From Octopus bimaculoides (taxonomy: Eukaryota), in NCBI RefSeq assembly GCF_001194135.2, contig NC_068987.1, positions 100,068,959-100,132,958 of the forward strand: a stretch of DNA of 64,000 bases, read 5' to 3'. Position 1 is the stretch's first letter, and each line of letters begins with the position of its first letter. The translations under genes and the position numbers were made by a program. A model generated the notes under the pieces. It was given only the letters and a program-made list of their open reading frames with translations. It had not been told where the DNA came from and ran no database searches. Positions 27,350 through 41,576 of this stretch are shown here, piece by piece.

Positions 27350-30300
27350 TGGGAGCATGCTTTAACAACGCGTCGTTGCATCAAGTATTTGTGGGTGATT
27401 CCTAGCGACGATCCTCTAAGCCATTGCTCTGTTTGGATCTACAGGATTCATAACAATTCGTGATTCATAATACGTTAATTCCATAGGTGCAGTTGAATGT
27501 TTGAATAGGTACAATGTATAGTACGTTGTCTGAAGGCATCATATTCACGGTAGGATTATTGTGGATAATTACCTAACCGATATGATGTATTTTGTAATAT
27601 GCGGTGATGTAGAATACGCGAAGTGTCACGCGATGTATTACAAGCATATAGTTTAGAGTTATATGATTATGTAGTGTATGATGTAATCTAGCATTCCATA
27701 GCCACTTATATTACTGTGTTTTAATTGAGTGTGTATTATGCGGGCGCTTGTATGACTGTTTCTGTGGCATTTGTGTAATATTGCAGAGCGCCGTGTTACG
27801 GCTTCAAGCTGGTGTGAAACAGTTGACTAGCTATCATCCAAAACATAGCCATAGTTCGGGTTTACTTCAACGAAATACAGATTCGTGAGGGTCCGTATTT
27901 TCATGTAACTATATACGTATGCATATGGTTGCCTCTGTGTTTTTAAAAAGCTACAATATCAGAAAATCAAGATGTCTGATATTTGTGAAATTTTGAATAT
28001 TTAGCCAACTCGATATGCAATGAATCTACATCTCCAAGATGTGTTTATATGCAGGCACACACAATCTTGCCAAATATCCTGAGCTTTTTATACTAAATGA
28101 TAAATTATTAAGTTACTGTCGGTTCCAAGATTTTCAATATTGATACTGAAAACGTGAAATATTTTGAAGCAAATGTACGAGATGTCAATCAGTTCTTTAC
28201 AAATAATGAAGTATCCTTCAAGAACAGAAAATTATTTGTCGGCCCTATAGAAATATGTGTAGTCTCAGAAGAAAAGCCACATGCCATCAACTAGATATAA
28301 AACAATCGTGTCTATACCTTACTCAGAATAAATTTATAGGAACTAATGCAGCGGTTCGTAAACAGCGTAAAAAAACACATTTCTAAAACAAAACGAGGAA
28401 AAATCATTTCAGATTCGATTTTGAATTCATTCGACCGCGATGAAAAGTATATGTTAAATTTTGGAAACATACGAAAGCATTCTCAGATAACACCCCTAAA
28501 ATGTGATAATAATATCTACTCTAATAGAAGCAATGAATCATGACCAAATCTGTGGAAAGTATGAACGCTTATGTATGTATATATATATATGTATGTGTAT
28601 GTAGGTGTGGGTGTAAGTGTGTGCGTGTGTGCGTGTGTGTGTGTGGGTGTGTGGGTGTGTGTGTGTATCAGTGTATATATGCTTTTGGAACGTTGTGGTT
28701 ACTAATAATATTACTTGACCAAAGCTTTCGTCCTTTGGTAAATCTAAATATATTCAAATCAACTGTCATGCTCAGGGATTAGCAGCATGTGAATAAGTGT
28801 TCCTACGTGCGTGTTACAGCGACAATTGTGCGAGTATGTGCATTTGTGAATATGTATTAATGTCAAAAGAGTGCGTATGAAATACTGTAGAATGTACTAA
28901 ATCTTTACATCGTTATAGATCTCACCTAATTTGCTCGGAGAAGTAGGAATACAAATATGTAATTAAATGAAACAATTATTTATTTCTAATTTATTTTTAG
29001 GTTTTCCATTTTTCATAATATTTATGTTTTGCGTGTAACAGAGGAAGATCGCTCTAATGTGAAATATTCTATTTTCTTTTAATCTCGGGCAGACGATCTA
29101 AGGAGTCACTGTTGCAGATTTATTTTGTAGTAATGAAACTGGCAAGAACTGTAATGGCTTGAAATTCTGTACAACTCATACATATATTCACTCTACATAA
29201 CCACAGATTTCTTTTTTTCGGTTTTACTCTCTTATCATTGTGGCTAGAGTACAAAAGAAATGCAAATATGCAAATATATACGTATAGAAATTAACACCCA
29301 TATTAATTTGAACATATATTTATATATATATATATATATNNNNNNNNNNNNNNNNNNNNNNNNNNNNNNNNNNNNNNNNNNNNNNNNNNNNNNNNNNNNN
29401 NNNNNNNNNNNNNNNNNNNNNNNNNNNNNNNNNNNNNNNNNNNNNNNNNNNNNNNNNNNNNNNNNNNNNNNNNNNNNNNNNNNNNNNNNNNNNNNNNNNN
29501 NNNNNNNNNNNNNNNNNNNNNNNNNNNNNNNNNNNNNNNNNNNNNNNNNNNNNNNNNNNNNNNNNNNNNNNNNNNNNNNNNNNNNNNNNNNNNNNNNNNN
29601 NNNNNNNNNNNNNNNNNNNNNNNNNNNNNNNNNNNNNNNNNNNNNNNNNNNNNNNNNNNNNNNNNNNNNNNNNNNNNNNNNNNNNNNNNNNNNNNNNNNN
29701 NNNNNNNNNNNNNNNNNNNNNNNNNNNNNNNNNNNNNNNNNNNNNNNNNNNNNNNNNNNNNNNNNNNNNNNNNNNNNNNNNNNNNNNNNNNNNNNNNNNN
29801 NNNNNNNNNNNNNNNNNNNNNNNNNNNNNNNNNNNNNNNNNNNNNNNNNNNNNNNNNNNNNNNNNNNNNNNNNNNNNNNNNNNNNNNNNNNNNNNNNNNN
29901 NNNNNNNNNNNNNNNNNNNNNNNNNNNNNNNNNNNNNNNNNNNNNNNNNNNNNNNNNNNNNNNNNNNNNNNNNNNNNNNNNNNNNNNNNNNNNNNNNNNN
30001 NNNNNNNNNNNNNNNNNNNNNNNNNNNNNNNNNNNNNNNNNNNNNNNNNNNNNNNNNNNNNNNNNNNNNNNNNNNNNNNNNNNNNNNNNNNNNNNNNNNN
30101 NNNNNNNNNNNNNNNNNNNNNNNNNNNNNNNNNNNNNNNNNNNNNNNNNNNNNNNNNNNNNNNNNNNNNNNNNNNNNNNNNNNNNNNNNNNNNNNNNNNN
30201 NNNNNNNNNNNNNNNNNNNNNNNNNNNNNNNNNNNNNNNNNNNNNNNNNNNNNNNNTATATATATATATATATATATATATTTGTGTGTCTGTGTACGTA

Positions 30301-31095
30301 TATGTATATATCCATATATTCATATTTGTGTATGTGTATACATAGACGGATACACATATACATTCATATTGTGTGTGTCTATATATACGCACATATCTCC
30401 TCAAATATCGGGAGAGGGGAGGGAGAAAGAGAATGAGAAATGTATAACCAGGGAAGTATAGAAGTGTAGGAGAATGAAAGAGACGGATGTTCTAAAAGTA
30501 ATATGATGAAAGAAATAGTTAGTGATGTAGAACAGGAAATATCGAAATTAGAATTATAAAATTATAATAGTTATAATATGACAGTGCTAGCAGAATACGA
30601 TGACAATAGAGTCATTGAATATAGATAAAATTTTAACGGTAAAAAAATATCATTTTCTATGAATATAGAAGTTTGAAGGAAAACATAACAAATGGAATAT
30701 CAAAAGGAAGAACACTGGGAAAGTGCTGCATTTATTGTAGCCAATGCTGATATAGATGGTGTTGTTTTTTATACTCCTGCTGGCGCTAGTGATAATAATA
30801 ATGAAGTATATGAGAAAAATAGTGATACCGAACGTGTTACGGATATGGGTTAAGATCTAGTAGAAAATAATGACAAACCAAATACAAATCATGGTATTAT
30901 TTATTCCATTTCATGTTTCTTTTAATAACAATTCATATTCTATATTCCGATCTTTATGTGATATTTTTTATAAATATGATTAAATATATCTCTGATAAAT
31001 TGTTAGTGTAAAGAAAAGAATTCACACGAACATACTAATGCTTAAGTTCCTGTACAATTACAAATGTACAAGAATATATTTTTGGATACATACAA

Positions 31096-31156
<61 letters not shown>

Positions 31157-33270
31157 TATATATATATATATATATGTGTGTGTGTATGTTTGTATGTATT
31201 TATATGTGCCTGTGAAAGTATATCCATGTTTATATATAGATATATATAGATATGCATATCTATCTATTTACATATCTATCAATATGTGTGTATGTACGTA
31301 TGTATATATATACACCTGTCTATCTAGCTATTTATCTGTCTATCTATCTTTATCTATCTATCTACAAACACATATGTGTAAAGTGTGGTATAGTTATAAA
31401 TGTGTCCAATATTATATGAAACGTGTAAATACGCCAAGATCTCAATACATTAGCTAACTACCTCGGTATTTACATTGTCCAATATACTCTCATGTGAGCA
31501 TTGAATGTAGAAAGAGAATAACAAAACTATAAATAATGTTATTATACCAGGAAAATCGATATGGAATACAATAATAATATTTTTTTATATTAATAGACGA
31601 TGGTTACGATTGCAAAAATGGAAAAGTGACTGTTTTATTACGTTTAGTGCTCTTGGACTTTAAAAACCATCATGGTGAGCTTGGAAATAGCAGAATTACA
31701 CTTGTAACGTTGTAAGTCGTCAAGTGCATCAGACCCATAATAGTGTGGAAATCATGGAACCTCGACGTACCGGGAAGGAAGGATTGTTCATAACAACTGT
31801 TTTAGGTAAACGGACGAAGTATGCATGTTGCATTGGCAAAGACTCATACTTTTCGAAGTCATCCACCTCTAATGGCCAATACCAATGTTGTATTACTTGA
31901 AAGGCAATCTATGGAGAGAGCTCGTATATGAGTCAAATCAAAAAGCGTAGAGCGTTTGCGCATTGGTACATCTGATCTCACTTATTTACGCATTAATAGA
32001 TGTGAAGACAAATGCTAATTATTTTGATGCTGTTTCGGTTTAATGAGGATATATATTCGCCAAGAGAGAATCTCCTTCTTGCAGCAGCATAGTAATTTTA
32101 AATATTCTATTTGGATCTACTTCATGTGTTAGGGATAATAATGTACTCTTGTCGTGTACGTTGATAATATATTCATTATTTTAATAAAAAACATATTTAC
32201 GTGAACGTATTTGAATATTAAATACACCACTATAATCGATAGAGCAATCATTGAGAAGCGGAGTGTGCAACAATACCATTCATATCAATCGACGCGTACA
32301 ATGAAACAAACAAAAAATAACGTTTAATATAATTGGAGTGTCATCTTGGGCTGCCAATGTACCCATAAGTATTTTTAGTACTTTCAGGACTACAAAGAAG
32401 TAGACGAAAATGTAGGATTGAAAATCTCTCCTTACTAGATGAAGTAATTGTCCAGCATGCTTCAGTCAATGGCAGTGATAACACTTTTACTAATTCTTCA
32501 AAACTTTAAATTCTGAATAGCGGAGAACACCGGAACATTAGGTCTATAACTTGTTAGTTTACAAAAGGCATACTTTACGTGACGTTTTCTACAATAGGCT
32601 GCCTATTGTCTGAGGGAGCTGTAAAAAAGGCCAAAAGAAAATCAATCCAGAAGGTATGTATTGCTTTAAAGGGTAACATCTCCAGAGGTAAACAGATGAC
32701 AACTAAATGGGAAAAAATGATATTACTTCAAAGTATCTGCGATCACAAGATACTCCTTACTAGAAGTGCNNNNNNNNNNNNNNNNNNNNNNNNNNNNNNN
32801 NNNNNNNNNNNNNNNNNNNNNNNNNNNNNNNNNNNNNNNNNNNNNNNNNNNNNNNNNNNNNNNNNNNNNNNNNNNNNNNNNNNNNNNNNNNNNNNNNNNN
32901 NNNNNNNNNNNNNNNNNNNNNNNNNNNNNNNNNNNNNNNNNNNNNNNNNNNNNNNNNNNNNNNNNNNNNNNNNNNNNNNNNNNNNNNNNNNNNNNNNNNN
33001 NNNNNNNNNNNNNNNNNNNNNNNNNNNNNNNNNNNNNNNNNNNNNNNNNNNNNNNNNNNNNNNNNNNNNNNNNNNNNNNNNNNNNNNNNNNNNNNNNNNN
33101 NNNNNNNNNNNNNNNNNNNNNNNNNNNNNNNNNNNNNNNNNNNNNNNNNNNNNNNNNNNNNNNNNNNNNNNNNNNNNNNNNNNNNNNNNNNNNNNNNNNN
33201 NNNNNNNNNNNNNNNNNNNNNNNNNNNNNNNNNNNNNNNNNNNNNNNNNNNNNNNNNNNNNNNNNNNNNN

Positions 33271-33545
33271 GTATATATATATATGTATGTGTGTGTGGGT
33301 TCGTGTGTGTGTGTGTGCGTGCGTGCGTGCGTGTGTGAGTATATGTGTGTCTGTGCTAGTCCCTCACTATCACTTGACAACCGATGTTGATGTGTTTACG
33401 TCCTCCTAACGGTTCTGCAAATAAGACCGATAGAATAAGTACTAGATTTACAAAGAATAAATCCTGGTGTCGATTTCTTCGACTAAAGGCGGTGCTCCTA
33501 CATGGCCGTAGTCAAATGACTGAAACAAGTAAAAGAATAAAGGAA
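33271..33545 (+). mobile_element. tRNA-derived SINE family 1, 3' half (5' half in the gap)
   Basis: CACTTGACAACCGATG...GACCGATAGAATAAGTACTAG...GGCGGTGCTCC...AGTCAAATGACTGAAACAAGTAAAAGA. Confidence 0.85.
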
Positions 33546-34119
33546 CACAAGTAAATTAACTAATAACAGAATTATCTATAAGAAATAGACGCTGCCATGA
33601 GAAAATCTGAGCAAACCCTTACTACAAACATGTTAAGGGTTTGGAAAGTCTTTATATACAACGCATGATTTAATGAGGGAGTTTGAGAAATTCTACAGAC
33701 GAAATACTAGAAAATTATGCATATTTGCTAGATATCCGCGTCAAAATACAGCTTCACCATAACTATTTGGAAGTTAAGTGAAATAAAGTATGAAAACATA
33801 GTAAAGGATTATACAGCACGAAATAAAAAGAAAAGGCGAAATGAAAATGTTATTCTAAAATACACAGCGAAACTAAAATAAAAAAATGAAGAGAAAAATT
33901 ACTTTATGAAGTATACTCTTCTGAGAGTAAATGCGCTAAACTGAAAGCCAAACATTCCTCAAAAGCCCTAGGCTAAAAGGAGAAACGGACTGTCTGATTT
34001 TAGATTCAGAGAATCAATAGCTGGCCAGAGATGATTGTGGGAAGAAAGTAATGATGCAATTTTAGATTACACATTCAATACAATAAGATGATTGTCGGCA
34101 ACATTTACATCTGCACAGA

Positions 34120-34400
34120 TGTGTGTGTGTGTGTGTAGTGGGAGACAGAGAGAGAGGGAGAGAGAGAGAGACAGAGAGAGACAGAGAGAGAGGGAGAGAG
34201 AGAGAGAGACAGAGAGAGACAGAGAGAGAGAGAGAACGAAGGATAGATACACAAGCAGACAAATAGATAGATAGATAAAAAGATAGACAGACAGACTGAC
34301 AGATAGAGAGTAAAATAGAGTGACTGTCAGACAGAAGGACACACTGACATATAGACAGATAGATAAATAGACAGATAGTTAGCTAGACATAGATAGATAG
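34120..34400. repeat. (TG)n(AG)n(GATA/GACA)n compound microsatellite
   Basis: Direct reading. Confidence 0.85.
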
Positions 34401-34660
34401 ATTGAAACAACCAAACTGAAATGTAATTCATCTATTACAAATTATAAACAACATGAACGAAAATCTCTAAACTCTTGTCTGCATATTGATACCTTGTATA
34501 AAATCAGCATATTTGCAATGAAAGTGCAACTAGCACTTTTGATAAGTAGAGCAATTCTGTGTCTTTTTTTTCATAAAATATCAGACATTATCATCAATTG
34601 AAACTTGGTTAATATAAATATCTAATTACACAATTAATAGTAAATTTGTGATGAAAATAT

Positions 34661-34696
<36 letters not shown>

Positions 34697-35477
34697 ATAT
34701 GCAGAGGTGCACATCTATACATAAAATCATTCAAAGATTCAACTGGCATTCAACGCAAGACATTCTCAAAACGCTACTCACGACACATTTCATGGATAGC
34801 AACCAACTGATACTACATAACAAGTTGCACAGTGTATGCTATATGCTATCAGCTCCCAATAATGACAGAAAATGCTTAATTCTGCCTAAACGATACTCGA
34901 TAATAAGGCGGAGTGATACACACAAACACATGCACACAAAAATCGAAAATTCACCACCTCCAGTTTCCAACCAATTTTGTAATATAGTCCAAACATCGCC
35001 CATGATGCATAAATGTACCACCCAATTTTATATAATTATACACTTCATCAGGGGATATAGTGGTGATAGTGGTGCTTCTAGCAGAACAAAAGTGATGTAG
35101 ATAGAAAATATAAAATATGTAAAATAACAGGTATTAAACGTACGCATTATTCAGTAATTGCAATATTGCAAGTCTGTTGTGATAAAACTTTAAATGCAAT
35201 GGATGAATGACATGGCTGCATGATGACTGTATGAAATTAGTTCATTATGAATAAAACTATATCGAGCATGTCTATATGCAATGATTTATAGAACTCTCTA
35301 CATAACCATTGCAACAGATATTTGATAATGCTCCTTTCCTACATTTTCTCTTTTGTAATTATTATGTCGAGCTATCTTTCTCTGACACATCAGCTGTATG
35401 ACAACTAAAATCAAGCCCACCCAGTTCACAAGCCATTTCTAATCTCATCATCACGGAGACGTATCGTCGAAACCACC

Positions 35478-35496
35478 ATGGGAAATCTTTGTTCAG
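35478..35496 (+). CDS. Candidate first coding micro-exon (MGNLCS, phase-1 donor) of an unidentified antisense nested gene
   Basis: AAACCACC-ATG-GGA-AAT-CTT-TGT-TCA-G|GTAAGA: strong Kozak context, MGxxxS N-myristoylation pattern with Cys, consensus 5' splice site. No downstream exon identified. Confidence 0.3.
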
Positions 35497-36911
35497 GTAA
35501 GATTTTCGTTCCGTAGGTGTCGTGCGGAAGTTGAAATTGCACAATAACAGCATATATCTCATTCCTCTGTAAGTGGTTATAATCGTGTTTAAGCTTACTC
35601 TACTTCTTAATAACTTCAAATGAACTGTCATCAGTGTAGAACAGATAAACTTCGTCAACAATCTAGTGTATATTCCTTTTTTCAATTATACTCTAAGCAT
35701 AGCTATGTAGGTAAAACACATTTTACTGGTCTCCACAATTGAAAGAGGGTAAGAAGTGAGTCTCTACAATTGACAAAGTGAAAGAAGGAACATTATATTT
35801 TGGAGAGAGAGATCCTTCAGCAGATCGCAATGAGAAATATCAAATTCAGTCTACAACTTATAGATAATTTCTCACGCGGAGTTCCACATTTGCATTACGT
35901 ACATAAAACGAATTTCATTCCGAAATCTTTGGAATAAACCTGACACCAAATAGTTGCAAAGTATACTTCTTGGACGAAAGTTAAACTTCTTGAATATTCT
36001 TAAAGTTACTTTCTCGCATGATATCCAAAACGTATCAACATGCCATATTATATAAGAAGTAAAATCACGTTTGCTAAATATTTGAAAATAAAAAAAATAT
36101 TTGAAAGACGCATGGTCGCCAACGGTTCTCAGTGTTATCAATATTATAAGAAACATCTCGACTTCACAAAAAAACTCTTCATCACACTCACTAGAAAATA
36201 GTTACAAATCAACAATGTCTAATATAATCAGTAAAATGACGACAGTAGTTACAAACAGAACAGTAGCCATGAAAATGCCTCGATCAGATGTAGTTTATCA
36301 TAGGGAAGATATATTCACACCATAGAGTATTATGCTGGCAAATATTTCACCTCAGCTAAATATTTGATCCTGATAAACCATTGCAACTATATATAAGCTT
36401 ATTAGATTTAGACAGCATATACAGGGAGGTGATAAGATTGTCATGTTGTTCGCAAGCTAATGTACAGGATGGGAAATGAATTTACGAACCTATAGTCGAA
36501 ATATTTAACGGAAGTGGATAGCTCACCATATACATAATTCTCCATCTTTGGTAACCAGTTAGAGCATGATCACCAATATTATTGAATTTCAGACATGGCA
36601 ATAGAATTATAAATCTCCGGAAATATACAGCATCTTTATTTTCTTTGAAGACATACGTATTTATGTGTAAAAAAAATCGCTTTAAAATTAAGGAGATCCA
36701 GCAAATATATAATAAATATTTCTCTGCTCATGGAGACATTCTTATACATTCTGGTTATGATATGGGAGTCGTAATATAACTGTAGTCCATTACAGACGTT
36801 CATTTTTCCATAATGGTTGAAAGAGATCTCGAATAGGAATCAATATCTCTATTTCCAATGAAAATATAAAACCCCTTATAAAGAAATATGAACAGCTGTA
36901 TTAAGTTAAGG

Positions 36912-36946
<35 letters not shown>

Positions 36947-36947
36947 T

Positions 36948-36992
<45 letters not shown>

Positions 36993-37554
36993 GGGGAAGG
37001 AAAAAAGAGAGCGGAAGGTGGATGTTGTTAAACATTCGTAATATAAATATATGAATCGTCGATATGAATTGTACAGCATCATTAAATAGGACATTTAAAA
37101 TAAAACAAGTTCAATGTACGATAGTTTTGCCAAACCTTGAGCATACCCAACTGAATGTGATATAGAAGAAGCGAAATTTAGAGTTAATGTGAAGGCAGGT
37201 TGAACACTCGATTCTTTCTCACAACGGCAGCGTCGTCTGTGATTAGCATTTTCTGTATGTCTTGTGAAGTACGTATAATGCAACATGTATATGCTAGAGT
37301 TCAGATGACTTCTGTCTTGTTTTAGTGACAAAACTAATACAACGAAAAGTAACTCTGATTAATGTTTAAAATATATTAGCCTTAAGTCATAATTGCGTTG
37401 CTGCAGAAAAGAATTTCAGTGAGAGGGGAGGGTGTTCAGTAAATATATGAAGAATGCGACTATATATTTTTCGAACGACACTTCATCAAAATAATTAAGT
37501 CATTATCATGTAAATGTTTAGCATAACTCTGTGTATTTGTTTACTTAGCCTACA

Positions 37555-37586
<32 letters not shown>

Positions 37587-37592
37587 TGTGTC

Positions 37593-37635
<43 letters not shown>

Positions 37636-38117
37636 NNNNNNNNNNNNNNNNNNNNNNNNNNNNNNNNNNNNNNNNNNNNNNNNNNNNNNNNNNNNNNNNN
37701 NNNNNNNNNNNNNNNNNNNNNNNNNNNNNNNNNNNNNNNNNNNNNNNNNNNNNNNNNNNNNNNNNNNNNNNNNNNNNNNNNNNNNNNNNNNNNNNNNNNN
37801 NNNNNNNNNNNNNNNNNNNNNNNNNNNNNNNNNNNNNNNNNNNNNNNNNNNNNNNNNNNNNNNNNNNNNNNNNNNNNNNNNNNNNNNNNNNNNNNNNNNN
37901 NNNNNNNNNNNNNNNNNNNNNNNNNNNNNNNNNNNNNNNNNNNNNNNNNNNNNNNNNNNNNNNNNNNNNNNNNNNNNNNNNNNNNNNNNNNNNNNNNNNN
38001 NNNNNNNNNNNNNNNNNNNNNNNNNNNNNNNNNNNNNNNNNNNNNNNNNNNNNNNNNNNNNNNNNNNNNNNNNNNNNNNNNNNNNNNNNNNNNNNNNNNN
38101 NNNNNNNNNNNNNNNNN

Positions 38118-38165
<48 letters not shown>

Positions 38166-38544
38166 GAGCTTCACTGAATATTTACAGGCAGAGATGTGTG
38201 CTAGTAGTAAAATTCCGTCTTAGCTCCACGGAGACCATTAGAGGAATGAAGGATAATTCAATACTGCAGTTTCAAACGTCTTGGTTCAAGTACATGAGCA
38301 CGAATCCGATTAGTCATTTTCAATTGAACCTATTATTGAGGACGAAATTCCAAAATATTCACATCTCTACCTGTTTACTGGGCTGAAATCGTCAGTTAAA
38401 ATCAGAATCAAGATTAGAGAAAAGATCAGCCACGATCGGGCTTCGAGTACATCAGCGTTGTATATTAATATTTCTACCTTTTATGGTGGTTTATTCTCGC
38501 TGGATAGTAGCATCATTTTTAATAATATTTATATTTCTTGTATG

Positions 38545-38587
<43 letters not shown>

Positions 38588-39634
38588 ATGCCTGTATATA
38601 TGTGTATATATAGAGAGAAGAAGAGAGGGAGAAACAAAGACAGATAGATTGCGAGATTGGTGAGAATGTGGCGTACGAATATTATACGTATTTGTGTATG
38701 TCTATGTGTAGTGGTTTAACCGCCTGCGTGTATATATATATATATATATATATACATACATTAATATATTTAAATACGTTCCTAGCACGTGTTGCGCTAG
38801 GCTGGTAAATATCAGTAGTTTAGTGATGTTGAAATTTATGTTTTAGATTTCTAGGTACACTTTATTTTTCTGGCAGTTATTCTTGATTAATTCATGTACC
38901 ATCTTTTGGTTCGCTTGCTGAGTTAGCAAACTTAATGCAATTTGTCAATGAAGCCGATACTGTATGATGTCGAAAGATAGCTCCTCACCTTATCTGATTT
39001 TAATTATTTGAAACAAAATGGAGATCTATTAGCAGAAACGTTAGTGCGTTGGACAAATTGTCTTGTGGTAAGAGACGAAGAAACTGAGTCTAATTATAAA
39101 AATGCGTAAATACAGACTGCTCAATAGTGATTATAACAGAAAGTATGCAGTTCCTTTTGGAAGAGGATTTCGTGTTCTCAAGCCTTATCACGTTATGACG
39201 TTTTCTCAGTATACGAAGATTATTTTTAAATGTTTTGAAACATTTCATTAATTTATTTCCTTTCCAATATATCAGAAGAGACGTAGAAGAGGGATGCACT
39301 ATACTTAGTCTGTTACTCATTTTTATCTAAAATAAACACCCCAGTCACCAAAAGAATGATATTCATACCAATGGGTATAAGTTTAGATATATGGACAACT
39401 GGTAATGAAAAAGAACTATAAATATTGGTTTCAAGTTTTGGCAGGAAGTCAGTAATTTATGGTGATGGGGTCATGTCAATTCCATCGGCAGTGTCATGCT
39501 GGCACGTCTTTTGTCCTCCCTGAAGGATGAAAGGAAACATAGCGGTACTTGAATTCACAACGTACAGTCGGACAATGCCGCTAAGCATGTTGCACGTCGT
39601 GCAAATGATTCTGACAGCTAGCCGCTAACCGCAA

Positions 39635-39766
39635 TACTTATTTCATCCACTCCGAAAGGATGAAAGGCAAAGTCGACATCGGCGGAATTTTGAACTCACA
39701 ACATAACGAGGCACGATAGGCTGCTAAACACATCGTCCGTCCTGCTAACGCTTCTCTCAGCTCGCC
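39635..39766 (-). mobile_element. tRNA-derived SINE (GGCGAGCTG...CTTTGCCTTTCATCCTTTCGG family), 5' part
   Basis: Minus strand GGCGAGCTGAGAGAAGCGTTAGCA...GAGTTCAAAATTCCGCCGATGTCGACTTTGCCTTTCATCCTTTCGG, with A-box-like and B-box-like segments. Confidence 0.75.
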
Positions 39767-40597
39767 TTTTTAAGAACTGTAAATATTTAGTTAAATCATG
39801 AATACAGATCAATTTCATTATACGAAACACTTCCTCCACACACACATACATGCACGCACACACACACACACAAACACACACATATATGAACTATAGAGCG
39901 AGCAAATTTAAATATAACCCTTGTCTAATATGAGATATTTCAAATTCATTTCATAGTGTCAATTGTAATTTAGATTAGGTGTTCAACAAAACACAACCTG
40001 GTGCATACCACCGTAGGGTTATATCTGTGGTTGTGTGCTTAATGTTGAACAGCAGAGTCTGTCATTCTATAAATACTCGGTGAAGGGAGAAAATGTGGTT
40101 ATTCGTAATTGACGAGAGATTCATTAGCCTGCTTTGCTGGTATGTAAAAGCAGTAACGATCTGGCTTCCGATTCACACAGATAACATATCTTTCAGTTGT
40201 GTGACTCTATGAAGAGCTAGGTAAATTACAGCTCCTCATAGCATCTTCTTAATGCAGGTGGATGAAAAAAGCGTAAATATAATAAAATATTAATATCAAA
40301 GCTTCTTCTGTTGAGAATTTCGTAATAGAGATAACATAAAATGGACTGAAGTCAGAGAGGTAAAGAATATCTTTACATGTTCTGAGACTAAAATCTTCAA
40401 TATGTTTCAGAACTAAAAGTTGCTGTGTTGCGATATAATCTAATCATTACTGTTTTTTTTTTCTTTCAATAAAATGAAGGCGAGGAAACGAGGAGACACC
40501 TGAAGAACTCCATTTCTATAAGATAAAATAGATAGAATTAAGATGTTCGATATGGAAATATAACTATATTTTTAAAGCAGTTTTGAAATAATACATG

Positions 40598-40607
40598 ATG
40601 TAGTAGT

Positions 40608-40686
<79 letters not shown>
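40598..40686. repeat. (TAG)n(CAG)n(TAG)n microsatellite
   Basis: Direct reading. Confidence 0.95.
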
Positions 40687-41307
40687 AAAACATTCCAGAA
40701 CCATATTTTATTTTTTTCAAATTGCCCATTAGAATTGTCTTTCTTCTGCATTACTTTAATCATTATTTATTTTCCAAAATCCTATGTATTTACTGTCAGA
40801 CTCTGCGTAGGACATCTCTGTGAACTAGATGTGAGTAAATCAGTATTTCTAAAGTGCAGGTTTGTAATTTAATACAAGATAACTTGAAGGGAATCATTTT
40901 GTTTTCTGAATATCACCTTACTTTTCATATCTTCGCTGTATAAAGTATGTGCATTGTCAGTTGAGATATGTCTAATTGCATTGTAATTGTTTGTTATAGT
41001 GTCGTGTTGCAATAAAGAAAAAAAAACAGATTCTACGCTTTGCTTATTATATAAGAATATAAGTTGTATGGATTTATTTTATAGTTCTTGGACTCGATTT
41101 CGGAAAAGTATACTCTTCCTGTTTTCCTTATTGCTGATACTTAGCCTCATGCAAATTTGGTTAATTGCTGGACTCTGAATAAATCGCATTCTGATTGATG
41201 AATATATTCTCATACTATTATGGCATAAGAAGGATTACGCTATGAACTGTGGTTTCTATATTTTCTTTAAATCAGTGCTGTATATTTTGAAGTAGCCATA
41301 TACATAT

Positions 41308-41460
41308 AGGCGTGGGTGTGTGGTAAGAGGCTTACTTCCCGACCTTTTCGTTCCGGGTTCAGTCCCGCTGCGTGTCTTTTTGTGCAGCTGTTTTGTACTA
41401 TAGCATCAGGCCGACTAAAGCCTTGTGAGTGTATTTGGTAGACGGAAACTGGAATGAAGA
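41308..41460 (+). mobile_element. SINE family 1, 5' half
   Basis: AGGCGTGGGTGTGTGGTAAG...TTCCGGGTTCAGTCCC...AAAGCCTTGTGAGTG.ATTTGGTAGACGGAAACTG. Confidence 0.85.
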
Positions 41461-41484
41461 AAACCAATCATATATATATATATA

Positions 41485-41529
41485 CTCTTTTACTTGTTTC
41501 AGTCTTTTGACTACGGCCATGCTGGAGCA

Positions 41530-41531
<2 letters not shown>
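41485..41531 (-). mobile_element. SINE family 1, 47-bp 3' tail between two (TA)n tracts
   Basis: CTCTTTTACTTGTTTCAGTCTTTTGACTACGGCCATGCTGGAGCACC matches the tail at about 44355-44401. Confidence 0.85.

Positions 41532-41576
<45 letters not shown>

Noticed and set aside
35872-36325. Overlapping ORFs on both strands near the candidate micro-exon
   Set aside because: No recognisable domain, no convincing splice sites in the required phase, and composition typical of AT-rich non-coding DNA.
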